Shown here piece by piece: positions 34,195 to 43,683 of a DNA stretch of 64,000 bases (its first letter is position 1; every line of letters starts with the position of its first letter). This stretch comes from a virus, in IMG/VR virus record IMGVR_UViG_3300037478_000343, positions 4,180-68,179 of that record; one strand, written 5' to 3'. The notes below the pieces were generated by a model. It was not told the origin of the DNA. It did not search any database and worked only from the letters and a program-made list of their open reading frames with translations. Both the position numbers and the translations under genes were made by a program.

Positions 34195-34253
34195 CGTGCC
34201 AATACGGTCCTCATCCAAGGATTTGCAAATACCTTCGGTGTTATATTGTCGAG

Positions 34254-34535
34254 GTGAAGGACAAGCCCAAATACAAGCCTACCCGAACCGACCGAGCGAT
34301 GGCCGAAGGGGTGGACGATCTCCTGACGGCCCTTATGCACGGCGATCTGGTGGGTCTTGGGGTGTGCGCAACCACCAAAGAGGGCAGGCCGGTGTATTTC
34401 TATCTAGATAAGCTGGAGAGCCACGACTCTCTCTCTGGTCCTATGTCGAAGCTAATGGGACTGTACACGATGAACCGTAATTTCAACAAGCAAATCACGG
34501 CCCCCAAGCAAAACCGAAGCTTTATGGTTCACTGA
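34254..34535 (+). CDS. hypothetical protein (93 aa)
   Basis: ORF track, between terL and the portal gene. Confidence 0.35.
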   Translation: MKDKPKYKPTRTDRAMAEGVDDLLTALMHGDLVGLGVCATTKEGRPVYFYLDKLESHDSLSGPMSKLMGLYTMNRNFNKQITAPKQNRSFMVH

Positions 34536-36916
34536 TGGCGGGCAAGTACAACTACGAAGACGAAGACGTGATGCTCGACGGGGATGACCCGTTCGCGGAC
34601 GTGAAGCGCACCGATGACGGCACCGCAGTCTATTCTGACGGGGACGACATTGTCGTAGACCTGACTGGCCGGGGTCCGTATGACGATGACGGGGAAGAAT
34701 CTGATCACGACGAAAACCTTGCGGAAAAGCTGGATGCTGACGAGCGACGCAAGGTAGGAGAGGATTTGGTTCTGGCCGTCAAGGCCGACGACGAGTCCCG
34801 CGAGAAATGGAAGCGCCGGCTGCGTGAAGGTCTGGAGCTGATCGGAGTAGAGGACATCCCGACCGACTCCTCGGCGTTCGACGGATCAAGCACCGTCAAC
34901 CATCCCGCCATCGCCGAGGCCATGGTTCGGTTTCAGGCCAACGCTATCGAGGAGGTATTTCCCGCGGAGGGTCCGGTCAAGTGCGTCGTGATCGGCGAAT
35001 CGAATCCTGAACTTCAGGACCAGGCGGTTCGCGTTCAGGACTTTATGAACTACCAGCTGACCGAGGCCGACGACGAGTATTTCGAGCAATCCGACCAGCT
35101 GACCATGTACCTTCCGTACGCCGGCAGCGCATTCCGAAAGGTCTACTACGACCACACGGAGGAGGTTTCCGTGTCCCGCTTCGTGGATGCGCAACACTTC
35201 ATCGTGCCGTACGATGCAACATCCCTGAAGACCTCCAAGCGCTACACCCACTGGTACACCCTGAGTGACGTAGAGGTCGATGCCCGCAAGCGCTCCGGTG
35301 AGTTTCTGAAAGACGCGAAGCTGGACCCGGACGGGAAGCTTGGCGGACGCGGGGAAGACAGCCTGTCGGACGTTTCTGACGACCGCGAGGAATCACGGGC
35401 CGAGGACGATGTTACCTACGACTTCTACGAAGTACACGTTGAGATGTGCTTCGAGCAGTTCGACCAGGAGGAAGGCGAGGATATCGCCTACCCATACGTG
35501 GTCACGGTCGAACTCGAGTCCGGCGAGATCATGGCAATCCGCCGGCTATGGAAAGATGGCGATCGGCGCCGCCGCAAGCGTGTCCACTTCATCCACTACA
35601 AGTTCCTGCCGGGACTTGGTTTCTACGGATGGGGATACCTGCACATCATCGGTTCCCTCGGGAAGGCCGCGTCTGGCGCGCTGCGTGCGCTTCTGGACGG
35701 CTCCGCGACCGCTTCCCTGCAGGGTGGCTTCAAGTCCAAGGAATCGAAGGTAGCCGGGGAGTTCGTCTTCAAGCCGGGGGTATGGCAGGACGTGGACATG
35801 ACCGCGGAGGACCTTGCGAAGTCGTTCTATACGCCGCCGTTCAAGGAGCCGTCTCCGGCCCTGTTTCACACCCTGGATTTGCTGGTCAACGGCATCAAGA
35901 CATTCGCCTCTACTACCGAGGCCATGACCGGCGCCGCCGACAACAAAGGACCCGTGGGGACCACTCTGGCCCTGATCGAGCAGGGGTCCAAGATCTACTC
36001 CGGCATCCACAAGCGCATGCACAATTCGGCCCGGCGCGAGTTCAAGCTCCTGGCGGCCCTCAACTACGAGTGCATGGAAGAGGAAGCATACCCCTACGAC
36101 GTGTCTGGCGGGGACCGGTCTGTGTTCAAGTCCGACTTCGACGGCAGGGTCGACATCCTTCCCGTGTCGGACCCGAACATATATTCCAGCGTGCAGCGCA
36201 TCGCTCAGGCTCAGGCCGTCCTTGAGTTGATAACTCAAGACGCGTCCATGTACGACGAGGAGGCCAAGCGTATTGCCCACCTAGAAATGTACAAGGCCCT
36301 GCGCATTCCCAAGCCGGAACGGTTCCTGCCGAAGAAGCGCACCAAGCGCATGGACCCGGTTACGGAGAACCAGATCATCCTAACCGGAGGTGGCACCGAG
36401 TCATATCCGGAGCAGGACCACGAGGCCCACATCCACGTCCACCAGATGTTCTTGATGGAGGTTCAGGGTATGGGGCTGGACCCCAAGGCGGTTGAGGCCG
36501 TCACGTTCAGCATGCAGGCTCACTTGGTTTCGCACCACGCTCACGCGTATAGGCTGCGCATCGAGCAGCAGATCGGGGTACCTCTGCCAGACACCGACTT
36601 CACCGCGATCCGGGACGAGGAAGATGTGCCGGTCGAGATCGACAACGCCGTAGCGCGCGCCGTGGCGGCCAATGTCGCTCCACCGCCGCCCCCTCAGGGT
36701 CCCGAGCCAGATCCGCTCGAGATGAAGCAGCAGGAGCACGAACAGCGCCTGGCTCACAAGGACGAGGAGCACAAGCAGAAGCTGTCTCACAAGCAGTCTG
36801 AGCATGATCTGGATATTTCGTCCGATGAGGAATCGCACGATCAGGCCCTTCGTAAGAAGGCAGCAGACAACATCATAGACTCAGCCGCACGGGTCGACAA
36901 GATGTCGAGTGAGTAA
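34535..36916 (+). CDS. portal (head-to-tail connector) protein
   Basis: 793 aa immediately after terL. Acidic N-terminus, long central conserved-looking region, charged C-terminal tail. ATGG overlap with the upstream stop. Assignment by size and position. Confidence 0.75.
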   Translation: MAGKYNYEDEDVMLDGDDPFADVKRTDDGTAVYSDGDDIVVDLTGRGPYDDDGEESDHDENLAEKLDADERRKVGEDLVLAVKADDESREKWKRRLREGLELIGVEDIPTDSSAFDGSSTVNHPAIAEAMVRFQANAIEEVFPAEGPVKCVVIGESNPELQDQAVRVQDFMNYQLTEADDEYFEQSDQLTMYLPYAGSAFRKVYYDHTEEVSVSRFVDAQHFIVPYDATSLKTSKRYTHWYTLSDVEVDARKRSGEFLKDAKLDPDGKLGGRGEDSLSDVSDDREESRAEDDVTYDFYEVHVEMCFEQFDQEEGEDIAYPYVVTVELESGEIMAIRRLWKDGDRRRRKRVHFIHYKFLPGLGFYGWGYLHIIGSLGKAASGALRALLDGSATASLQGGFKSKESKVAGEFVFKPGVWQDVDMTAEDLAKSFYTPPFKEPSPALFHTLDLLVNGIKTFASTTEAMTGAADNKGPVGTTLALIEQGSKIYSGIHKRMHNSARREFKLLAALNYECMEEEAYPYDVSGGDRSVFKSDFDGRVDILPVSDPNIYSSVQRIAQAQAVLELITQDASMYDEEAKRIAHLEMYKALRIPKPERFLPKKRTKRMDPVTENQIILTGGGTESYPEQDHEAHIHVHQMFLMEVQGMGLDPKAVEAVTFSMQAHLVSHHAHAYRLRIEQQIGVPLPDTDFTAIRDEEDVPVEIDNAVARAVAANVAPPPPPQGPEPDPLEMKQQEHEQRLAHKDEEHKQKLSHKQSEHDLDISSDEESHDQALRKKAADNIIDSAARVDKMSSE

Positions 36917-37140
36917 TGGCGTCAGCGCTCCCAAAGGAAACGCGTAAAGCTCGCGCCTTCCTGAGAAGCAAGGGCATCTCGACTCAGGAGATTCCCCCGC
37001 GGAAGCTAGCGAACGCCGCCAAGGAACTGAATAAGGGCTTCAGGGAAGTTTTGCGGCTCCTGATGCGGCTCCGCTCTGGCGGCCAGAATCAGGCCCAGGA
37101 AAGACGGGAAAACATACGGAAAGCGGCTGCGGCCGAGTAA
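36916..37140 (+). CDS. hypothetical small basic protein (74 aa)
   Basis: ATG overlaps the portal stop. Confidence 0.4.
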   Translation: MASALPKETRKARAFLRSKGISTQEIPPRKLANAAKELNKGFREVLRLLMRLRSGGQNQAQERRENIRKAAAAE

Positions 37141-37167
37141 ATCGGGTGTTAACGGAGGTACAAACGG

Positions 37168-37410
37168 ATGGATCGGGAAATTCAGGTTTTTAGCGGCGTG
37201 TCGTGGTTGCACGACCGTCTTGTGAAAGACATCAACGAGCGCATAAGGTGGCTTGAGGAAAACCTCGGTAAGGGCGTGCCCCTACACGAGTACGGAAATT
37301 TCGTGGGTCGCATCAAGGAACTGAGGCGCACGCGGGACGATCTTGTGCCAGAGGCGTTCAAGGACCTTTCCGGGTCCGATGATGACGACGATAACGAGGA
37401 GGAGGCGTAA
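37168..37410 (+). CDS. hypothetical protein (80 aa) with acidic C-terminus
   Basis: GGAGGT RBS. Confidence 0.5.
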   Translation: MDREIQVFSGVSWLHDRLVKDINERIRWLEENLGKGVPLHEYGNFVGRIKELRRTRDDLVPEAFKDLSGSDDDDDNEEEA

Positions 37411-37772
37411 TGTCGGAGGCAATACCTGTAGCGATTGGCTGGAAAGTGATCGTGCGTCCTCTTGACGGAAAGACCACCTCCAAGGGCGGAATAGACGTGA
37501 GCGCCACCGTGGACGCTCAGGAGCACCTGAACTACATCGGCGAGGTGGTGGCCATAGGGGAGGCCGCGTTCAAGTCTAGAACGCAGGGCGGGCTGGATAT
37601 GAGCACATGGCAGGCCGTTCCCCAGGTCGGGGACTACGTGCTTTACCCGCCGTACGCTGGCATGAAGATATCGCGAGCCGGTGAGCGGAAGCCTCTGCGA
37701 CTTATGAACGACACCGACCTCGTCGCGATCATAGGCGATCCGGACGATTTTTACTCTTGGGTGGACGTTTAG
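37410..37772 (+). CDS. GroES-like co-chaperonin (Cpn10)
   Basis: IGWKVIVRPLDGKTTSKGGI...IGEVVAIGEAAFK...VGDYVLYPPYAGMKI...DLVAII aligns with GroES, including the mobile-loop region and the final hairpin. Confidence 0.8.
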   Translation: MSEAIPVAIGWKVIVRPLDGKTTSKGGIDVSATVDAQEHLNYIGEVVAIGEAAFKSRTQGGLDMSTWQAVPQVGDYVLYPPYAGMKISRAGERKPLRLMNDTDLVAIIGDPDDFYSWVDV

Positions 37773-37775
37773 AGC

Positions 37776-38147
37776 GTGATCAAGCGCTGCCCAAAATGTG
37801 CTCAAGGCAAGCCTTACGGCGAGTTTGATAAGAATAGTGCCAAATCCGATGGGCTACAGACTCAGTGTCGTGACTGTCGCAGAGGGAATTCACGATGGAG
37901 CAGGATTAAGTCTGAATACGGCATTCATCGTGCTACGTTCCTCGAGATGGAGCGCTCGCAAAACGGGAAGTGCGCTATATGCCTTCAGCCTCCAACAGAT
38001 CGCTATGGCGTGCTTGTGGTCGATCACTGTCACGATACGGGTAAGGTTAGAGGGCTCCTATGCAGGGATTGCAATTGCGGTATAGGCAGACTGAAAGACG
38101 ACCCTGAGATTCTGCAGAAAGCGCTAACTTATCTTTCGGACGCCTAA
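37776..38147 (+). CDS. endonuclease VII-family nuclease (second copy)
   Basis: CPKCAQGK...CRDCRRG...CAICLQPPTDRYGVLVVDHCHDTGKVRGLLCRDCNCGIGRL has the same Endo VII core as the 23077..23604 gene. Lower GC than its neighbours. Inserted between the GroES-like and scaffold genes. Confidence 0.75.
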   Translation: MIKRCPKCAQGKPYGEFDKNSAKSDGLQTQCRDCRRGNSRWSRIKSEYGIHRATFLEMERSQNGKCAICLQPPTDRYGVLVVDHCHDTGKVRGLLCRDCNCGIGRLKDDPEILQKALTYLSDA

Positions 38148-38260
38148 ACAGTTCATTGCCAGAACCGCATCCGGAAGGTGGACACGAAACCTAAACGTGG
38201 TAGACAATAAGCACTGCTCGTATCTGGGCAAGCACGGCTCCTAAAGAAGCCGGAGGAAAA

Positions 38261-39286
38261 ATGGGAAAGTACCAAGTCGATTCAGATTTCGATGATCTGC
38301 ACGACGACGGCGAAGACGAGGAGTTGGATCAGTCCAACCCTATCATCAAGGCGGCCTTCCAGGACGATGAGGACTGGGAATCCCGCGAAAAAGATGATAC
38401 GGACGAAGACGACTCTGAGGACGACGCCGACGACGATGAAACCGAGGACGAGGAGGAGGACCAAGAATCCGATTCCGATGAATCCAAGGACGACGACCAG
38501 GACACTGAGGACGATGATGATTCCTCCTACAGTAAAAAGGTCCAGCAGAGAATCGATCGCGAACGCAACCTCCGTCTGAAGACAGAGAGGGACGCGAACC
38601 GGAGAATCCTTAAACTGGAGAACCGGGAAAAGCTCAGAGACGCCAAGGACGACTTCCGCACCAAGCAGTCGGAAGCCGAACAAGCACTCAAGGGTCTACG
38701 CAAGAAAAAGCGCGACGCGAAAGAAGCTGGTGACTCGGACGAAGAAATCGAGGTTGATGAAAAGATCCTCGACATCAAGTCCGAACTCAGGGTGTCAGAG
38801 TCCGAATTCAAGAAATTGGAAAAGGACCTCACAGCCGAACCAGCCGACGAAGACGACACCAGCGGATTGCCGGAACCGGCCCGTAAGTGGCTTGACAAGT
38901 ATCCCCAGTTTTACACCAACAACAAGTTTGGCCGGGCCGTTCGCCTCGCCGACCAGATGGTGAATCTCCGGGGCCTGGACAAGAACACAGACGGGTATTA
39001 CGCAGAGATCGAAAAGATCCTCGCGCCACAGTTCCCGGAAATCGTAAAGCCGGCCAAGCAGTCCACGAAGGGCGACAAACGAAAGGAGTCAGCCCGGAAG
39101 GAACTCAAGAGACGGCGAGGCGCGGTGGGGGGTACCACGAAGGCAGGAACCCGGAGGCCAGAGGGCAAGACCCGAAAAGGCCAGAAGCGGATTACCGCCG
39201 GAGACAAAGCAATGATGCTCAACTTCGGACTGGACCCCGCGAACCCGGAACACTGCAAAGAGTGGGCCCTGAACAGGACAGACTGA
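38261..39286 (+). CDS. probable scaffolding protein (341 aa)
   Basis: Extremely acidic N-terminal third (poly D/E), coiled-coil centre, Lys/Arg-rich C-terminus. Located between portal and capsid genes. GGAGGA RBS. Confidence 0.55.
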   Translation: MGKYQVDSDFDDLHDDGEDEELDQSNPIIKAAFQDDEDWESREKDDTDEDDSEDDADDDETEDEEEDQESDSDESKDDDQDTEDDDDSSYSKKVQQRIDRERNLRLKTERDANRRILKLENREKLRDAKDDFRTKQSEAEQALKGLRKKKRDAKEAGDSDEEIEVDEKILDIKSELRVSESEFKKLEKDLTAEPADEDDTSGLPEPARKWLDKYPQFYTNNKFGRAVRLADQMVNLRGLDKNTDGYYAEIEKILAPQFPEIVKPAKQSTKGDKRKESARKELKRRRGAVGGTTKAGTRRPEGKTRKGQKRITAGDKAMMLNFGLDPANPEHCKEWALNRTD

Positions 39287-39296
39287 GGCTTATCCC

Positions 39297-39899
39297 ATGG
39301 CAACCACGAAAGCACAAAGAAGGCTGCACGGAAAGGCAGCCGCAGCCCGCCGAGAAAGCAACGCTCTGGCGGACGGACAGAGGCAGGAAGACCCACACCA
39401 GGTCGACCACCTACAAGACAGCCGAGAGACGGAACAGGATGTTCTGGCCTCTTACGGGGTCAACCGCGAGGCCGACAGTGAGCCTTGGGTCAGGCCCAAT
39501 CAGCTATACGCTCCTGATCCACGACCGGGTTATACCCAGCGGTGGGTCAGGATCAGGCTCGGTAACACGGAAGACGTGAACAACTCGAGCAGGAAATTCC
39601 GAGAGGGCTGGTTGCCCCGGAGACCGGACACGGTCCCCAAGGGCGATTTACCACCGACCTCCTCTCACCCCCGGTTGGGGGACATTATCGGTGTCGAGGA
39701 CCTGATTCTTTGCGAAATGCCAGTGAACAAGGCCAAGCAGCGAAACGCGTTCTACCGCGCACGTATTGACCGGATGGTCGAGGGTATCGAGAACGATATC
39801 AACACCGTCTCGAAACACGGGCCGCGGATAGACAAGGTCCAGAGCACGAAAGTATCGAAACGTCGACGCCGGATACCGGACGACCCAACCGAAGACTAA
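39297..39899 (+). CDS. hypothetical head-module protein (200 aa)
   Basis: ORF track; position. Confidence 0.45.
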   Translation: MATTKAQRRLHGKAAAARRESNALADGQRQEDPHQVDHLQDSRETEQDVLASYGVNREADSEPWVRPNQLYAPDPRPGYTQRWVRIRLGNTEDVNNSSRKFREGWLPRRPDTVPKGDLPPTSSHPRLGDIIGVEDLILCEMPVNKAKQRNAFYRARIDRMVEGIENDINTVSKHGPRIDKVQSTKVSKRRRRIPDDPTED

Positions 39900-39977
39900 C
39901 CCCTCCATGGGGCCGTGTCTTTCGGCCCCGTCTTCCACCTCCTGCGTTGGCACTTAACCAACATATGAGGTGGAAGC

Positions 39978-40559
39978 ATGGCTTTCAGTCAGAACCCAAA
40001 CGGTCCGCGAGGACTCGATGTATTCCGCGCAAATCGCGGTACGCCCGGCCGCCTGGCTGAGTACAGGATTGACGGCACGTACGCTACCAAGATCTACAGC
40101 GGCAACCCGGTGGAGCTACACACTGATGGGACGCTTATCGTTCCCGCCAGCGTTGACTCCAAGATCCTTGGCGTCTTCCAGGGATGTCAGTACATCGACG
40201 TAGCTGGCGAAACCCAGTTCAAGCCCTTCTGGCCGGCACCCGGCGCGGTCAAGGCGAACACCGTTGTAAGGGCGTTCGTTACCGAAGCGGCTGGAGAGCT
40301 GTTCCTGATCAAGTCCGACGAGGATCTGGTTCAGGCAGATGTCGGTGAGTACTTCACCATGACGTCTATGGTCACCGGCAGTGACGCCACGGGGCGAGCA
40401 AACACGTCTCTGGACGGCTCTACCAACGGCACGGCCGTTGCCGACAAAGTCCTGAAGCTGCGCGAGATCGCACAGTTCGACGGCACCTCACAGCTTGCGG
40501 TAGTTCAGTTCATCCGAACCGAGAACAACGAAGCACAGATGTTCCCGGCAACGAGCTAA
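39978..40559 (+). CDS. head protein (193 aa), possibly decoration or capsid-associated
   Basis: GAGGTGGAAG RBS. Lies immediately upstream of the capsid gene. Confidence 0.5.
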   Translation: MAFSQNPNGPRGLDVFRANRGTPGRLAEYRIDGTYATKIYSGNPVELHTDGTLIVPASVDSKILGVFQGCQYIDVAGETQFKPFWPAPGAVKANTVVRAFVTEAAGELFLIKSDEDLVQADVGEYFTMTSMVTGSDATGRANTSLDGSTNGTAVADKVLKLREIAQFDGTSQLAVVQFIRTENNEAQMFPATS

Positions 40560-40592
40560 CGGCTGACACTGGATTCTAGGAGTTAAAACAAC

Positions 40593-41507
40593 ATGGCAAT
40601 GAACCGAGCACAATTCCGCAAGCAGCTTCAGGATGGCCTTAACACGGTCTTCGGGCTGACCTACAAGCGGCACAAGGAACAGTGGAAGTCGATCTTCAAG
40701 GTCGAGACCTCCACCAAGGCGTTCGAGGAAGACGTACTGATCGTCGGACTTGGCGCGGCCCCCGTGAAGAACGAGGGCGGTACCGTCGCGTACGACGAGG
40801 GCGCGGAGTCGTGGGTTGCTCGATACAACCACGAAACCATCGCTCTGGCTTTCGCGATCACTGAGGAAGCTGAGGAAGACGGCCTATACGGGTCCCTAGG
40901 CGCCAAGTACGCGAAGTGCCTTGCGCGGTCCCTGCAGCACACCAAGGAAGTGAAGGGTTCGAATGTCCTGAACAATGGCTTTGACTCTGCATTCCCCGGC
41001 GGGGACGACGTTCCCTTGTTCTCTACTGCCCACCCCCTGTGGGGCGGTGGTACCCAGAGCAACAAGCTGGCAACCCCGGCTGACCTGTCCGAGGCATCCC
41101 TTGAGGAAGCCTTCATCCAGATCGGCGACTGGGTCGACAACCGAGGTATTCCGGTCGACATCTCAGCCAAGAAGCTGATCATCCCGACCGACCTGCAGTT
41201 CACCGCAGAGCGCCTGCTGGCCAGCGCTGCACGACCTGGAACGGCTGACAACGACGTAAACGCCATCAAGAGCACGGGTGCCCTTCCTGGCGGATACGAG
41301 ACCAACCGTCGCCTGACCGACCCTGACGCGTGGTTCATCATCACGGACTGCGAAGACGGCCTGAAGCACATGGTGCGAAAGAAGGTTACTCGCAAGATTG
41401 AGGGTGACTTTGAGACAGGCAATGCTCGCTATCGTGCGAGGGAAAGGTACTCATTTGGGTTTTCTGACCCACTGGGAGCTTTCGGCAGCGAAGGCGCAGC
41501 GGCGTAA
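40593..41507 (+). CDS. major capsid protein (304 aa)
   Basis: AGGAG RBS. Position after the scaffold gene. Followed by a GC-rich hairpin. Composition and length are consistent with an HK97-fold capsid protein. Assignment by context, not homology search. Confidence 0.6.
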   Translation: MAMNRAQFRKQLQDGLNTVFGLTYKRHKEQWKSIFKVETSTKAFEEDVLIVGLGAAPVKNEGGTVAYDEGAESWVARYNHETIALAFAITEEAEEDGLYGSLGAKYAKCLARSLQHTKEVKGSNVLNNGFDSAFPGGDDVPLFSTAHPLWGGGTQSNKLATPADLSEASLEEAFIQIGDWVDNRGIPVDISAKKLIIPTDLQFTAERLLASAARPGTADNDVNAIKSTGALPGGYETNRRLTDPDAWFIITDCEDGLKHMVRKKVTRKIEGDFETGNARYRARERYSFGFSDPLGAFGSEGAAA

Positions 41508-41520
41508 TAACCGAAGAGGT

Positions 41521-41564
41521 GGCGGGTTTCCGGTGAGAGCCGGCGCCCGCCGCCCGATGTTTTA
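41521..41564 (+). terminator. possible terminator/attenuator after the capsid gene
   Basis: GGCGGG...CCCGCC inverted repeat (with nested CCGG-TGAGAG-CCGG), then GTTTTA a few nt later. Confidence 0.25.
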
Positions 41565-41608
41565 GTCTGGTCAGGTAAAAGCTGACTGTCCAATAGAGGA
41601 TTGACGAA

Positions 41609-42310
41609 ATGCCAACAGGCAAAGGCCAACGCCACACCATCTCCCACGCGGAGTTCCTTTTCTCTGGAACCGCGCAGTACAACGCGGCCAACAACTCGAA
41701 GCGCGGCGTTCCATTCAGCCCGCTGCTGAAGGTCTCTCTCGGCACGCCAGATGTAGCCGACGTAGACCTCGTGCTGGACGGTGCTAGCCTGACGGCCGCA
41801 ACAGACGGCCTGACGACGGATGTGGTTCTTGATGTTCCGCGCAACCTGCAGATCGTAAGCACTGACGCCGGGGATGACGATGTAGTTACCATCTCCGGCC
41901 TTGACCAGTATGGCGAGGCCGTTTCCGAAGAATTCACCGTGAACGGCACAACTCCGGTTGTCGGGTTGAAAGCCTTCAAGACCGTACAGAGTGTCATATC
42001 GGCAACCACTCCTACTGGAGACTTTGACGTTGGAACCGGAAGCGCTCTGGGTCTGCCGTACCGCGTAGACGCTGGTGGCCTTCTGATGGCTTACGAGGAC
42101 AGCGCTCTGGACCTTACGACCAGCGCGGTTCTTGGAACGTTCCTGCCGGCAGACACGACCGATCCGGCAACGGCAACAGACGGCGACGTGCGCGGGACCT
42201 ACGATCCGAACGGCACACTGGACGGTTCCGCTGAGTTCACCGTCCTGATTCAGATCGCTGACGTAACCTCAAAGACCGGAGCCTACGGCGTCGCGCAGTT
42301 CTCGGCATAA
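41609..42310 (+). CDS. virion structural protein (233 aa), paralog of the next gene
   Basis: AGAGGA RBS. Thr/Asp/Gly/Val-rich beta-type composition. Shares a ...ISEE(F/V)T(V/G)...K(A/Q)FKTV(Q/T)S(V/I) segment with the next protein. Confidence 0.55.
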   Translation: MPTGKGQRHTISHAEFLFSGTAQYNAANNSKRGVPFSPLLKVSLGTPDVADVDLVLDGASLTAATDGLTTDVVLDVPRNLQIVSTDAGDDDVVTISGLDQYGEAVSEEFTVNGTTPVVGLKAFKTVQSVISATTPTGDFDVGTGSALGLPYRVDAGGLLMAYEDSALDLTTSAVLGTFLPADTTDPATATDGDVRGTYDPNGTLDGSAEFTVLIQIADVTSKTGAYGVAQFSA

Positions 42311-42313
42311 GCC

Positions 42314-42961
42314 ATGACTGTGAACACCATCATTTTGCCGGGGGTTACCGCCGACGACGACGGTATCGTGACCGCGGTGACTCCGGCCGCAGGCGGGGAG
42401 CAGTCCCTGACTATTGCCGGCCAGCCTCCGCAGCCGATTATCATCGACATCACAAGCGATGGCGCCGATTCCGGGCGGACGTTCACCGTGGTCGGAACCG
42501 ACCGTTTCGACAACGTCATCTCAGAGGAAGTGACCGGTCCTGCCACCGGGACCGTACAGACCACCAAGCAGTTCAAGACTGTCACCAGCATCACTGTGGA
42601 TGACGACACTGCCGGCGAAATCACTGTCGGCTTTGCGGCCGTCGTGTATAGCGCGTGGTTCCCGCTGAACACCTACCCGGAATCAATGGAAGTTTCGATT
42701 GCCATTACGGTTGAGGGAACGGTGGACTTCGATTTGGAGTACACCTTCGAGAATCTGCAGCAGCAGCGCGACGATAAGTTCACCGACAAGCCATATGGCG
42801 ACTTCGAGATGACGGTCGACACCTTCACCGACGAGGACCTCGACGGAGATACCGGAAGCATTGCGAAGGTCCTGACGTTCCGCGCGACCGCCATACGGCT
42901 CTTGTTGAACTCGGGTACTGGAACACTCACGGCGAGGGTTATTCAGGCCTGGAATCGGTAA
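42314..42961 (+). CDS. virion structural protein (215 aa), paralog of the previous gene
   Basis: See the previous entry. Confidence 0.55.
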   Translation: MTVNTIILPGVTADDDGIVTAVTPAAGGEQSLTIAGQPPQPIIIDITSDGADSGRTFTVVGTDRFDNVISEEVTGPATGTVQTTKQFKTVTSITVDDDTAGEITVGFAAVVYSAWFPLNTYPESMEVSIAITVEGTVDFDLEYTFENLQQQRDDKFTDKPYGDFEMTVDTFTDEDLDGDTGSIAKVLTFRATAIRLLLNSGTGTLTARVIQAWNR

Positions 42962-42972
42962 GGGGGTCGTAA

Positions 42973-43683
42973 ATGGCTGCCTCTGGTGTCCACACTGTTT
43001 ACCAAATCACCAATCTGATACATGGCAAGCGCTACATCGGGGTTACCGTACGCCCATTCTCTGCGCGCCTGTCTAATCATTTCTCTGCCGCGAATTCCGG
43101 AAAGCAATCGCATCTGCACCGATCCATACGGAAGCACGGAAGGGACTTGTTTAGAGCCTCTATATTGAAGGTATGCAACTCGCGAGAGGAGATGTTGGCC
43201 GAAGAGATCCGTTTGATATCAGCCCTTCAGCCCGAGTACAACATGACAGACGGAGGTGAGGGGTGCATAGGCTATAAACACACCCCCTCTTTTATCCGGA
43301 ATAAGAAACTTCAGATGCTTGGCAACCAGAACAGGAGGGGCACCAAGACCAACCCTGAAGGCAGGCGTCGCATGTCTGAGGCCAAAAGGTTGGCGCCCGT
43401 CCGGTATTGGCTAGGCAAGGAGAGAGACGAGGAAACAAAAAGAAAGATGTCTGAATGCAGGATTGGCGTACCACGAACTCCGAGCGATCAGTATCACAAA
43501 TTCACTCCGGAAGAAATAGCCAACCGAGCAAAGAATACTGTATGTCTGAACGATGGACTGGCGTACCAGTCAGCCGCGGCTGCCGCGAGGCACTATGGAC
43601 TAAACAAGGAATCGGTAACATCTGTCTGCAATGGCAGGCGTAATGCTGTTTATGGCTTTAGGTTCGCATATGTCGAGCAGTAA
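42973..43683 (+). CDS. GIY-YIG homing endonuclease (I-TevI/Seg-like)
   Basis: VYQITNLIHGKRYIGVT (GIY...YIG), downstream R...H...E catalytic residues, several NUMOD/IENR-like basic helices. Lower GC than its neighbours. GGGGG RBS. Confidence 0.8.
   Translation: MAASGVHTVYQITNLIHGKRYIGVTVRPFSARLSNHFSAANSGKQSHLHRSIRKHGRDLFRASILKVCNSREEMLAEEIRLISALQPEYNMTDGGEGCIGYKHTPSFIRNKKLQMLGNQNRRGTKTNPEGRRRMSEAKRLAPVRYWLGKERDEETKRKMSECRIGVPRTPSDQYHKFTPEEIANRAKNTVCLNDGLAYQSAAAAARHYGLNKESVTSVCNGRRNAVYGFRFAYVEQ

Noticed and set aside
33307-36280. Large antisense or alternative-frame ORFs inside terL and portal (303 aa, 259 aa, 244 aa)
   Set aside because: Shadow ORFs of GC-rich coding DNA. The sense frames carry terminase ATPase motifs and the portal assignment.
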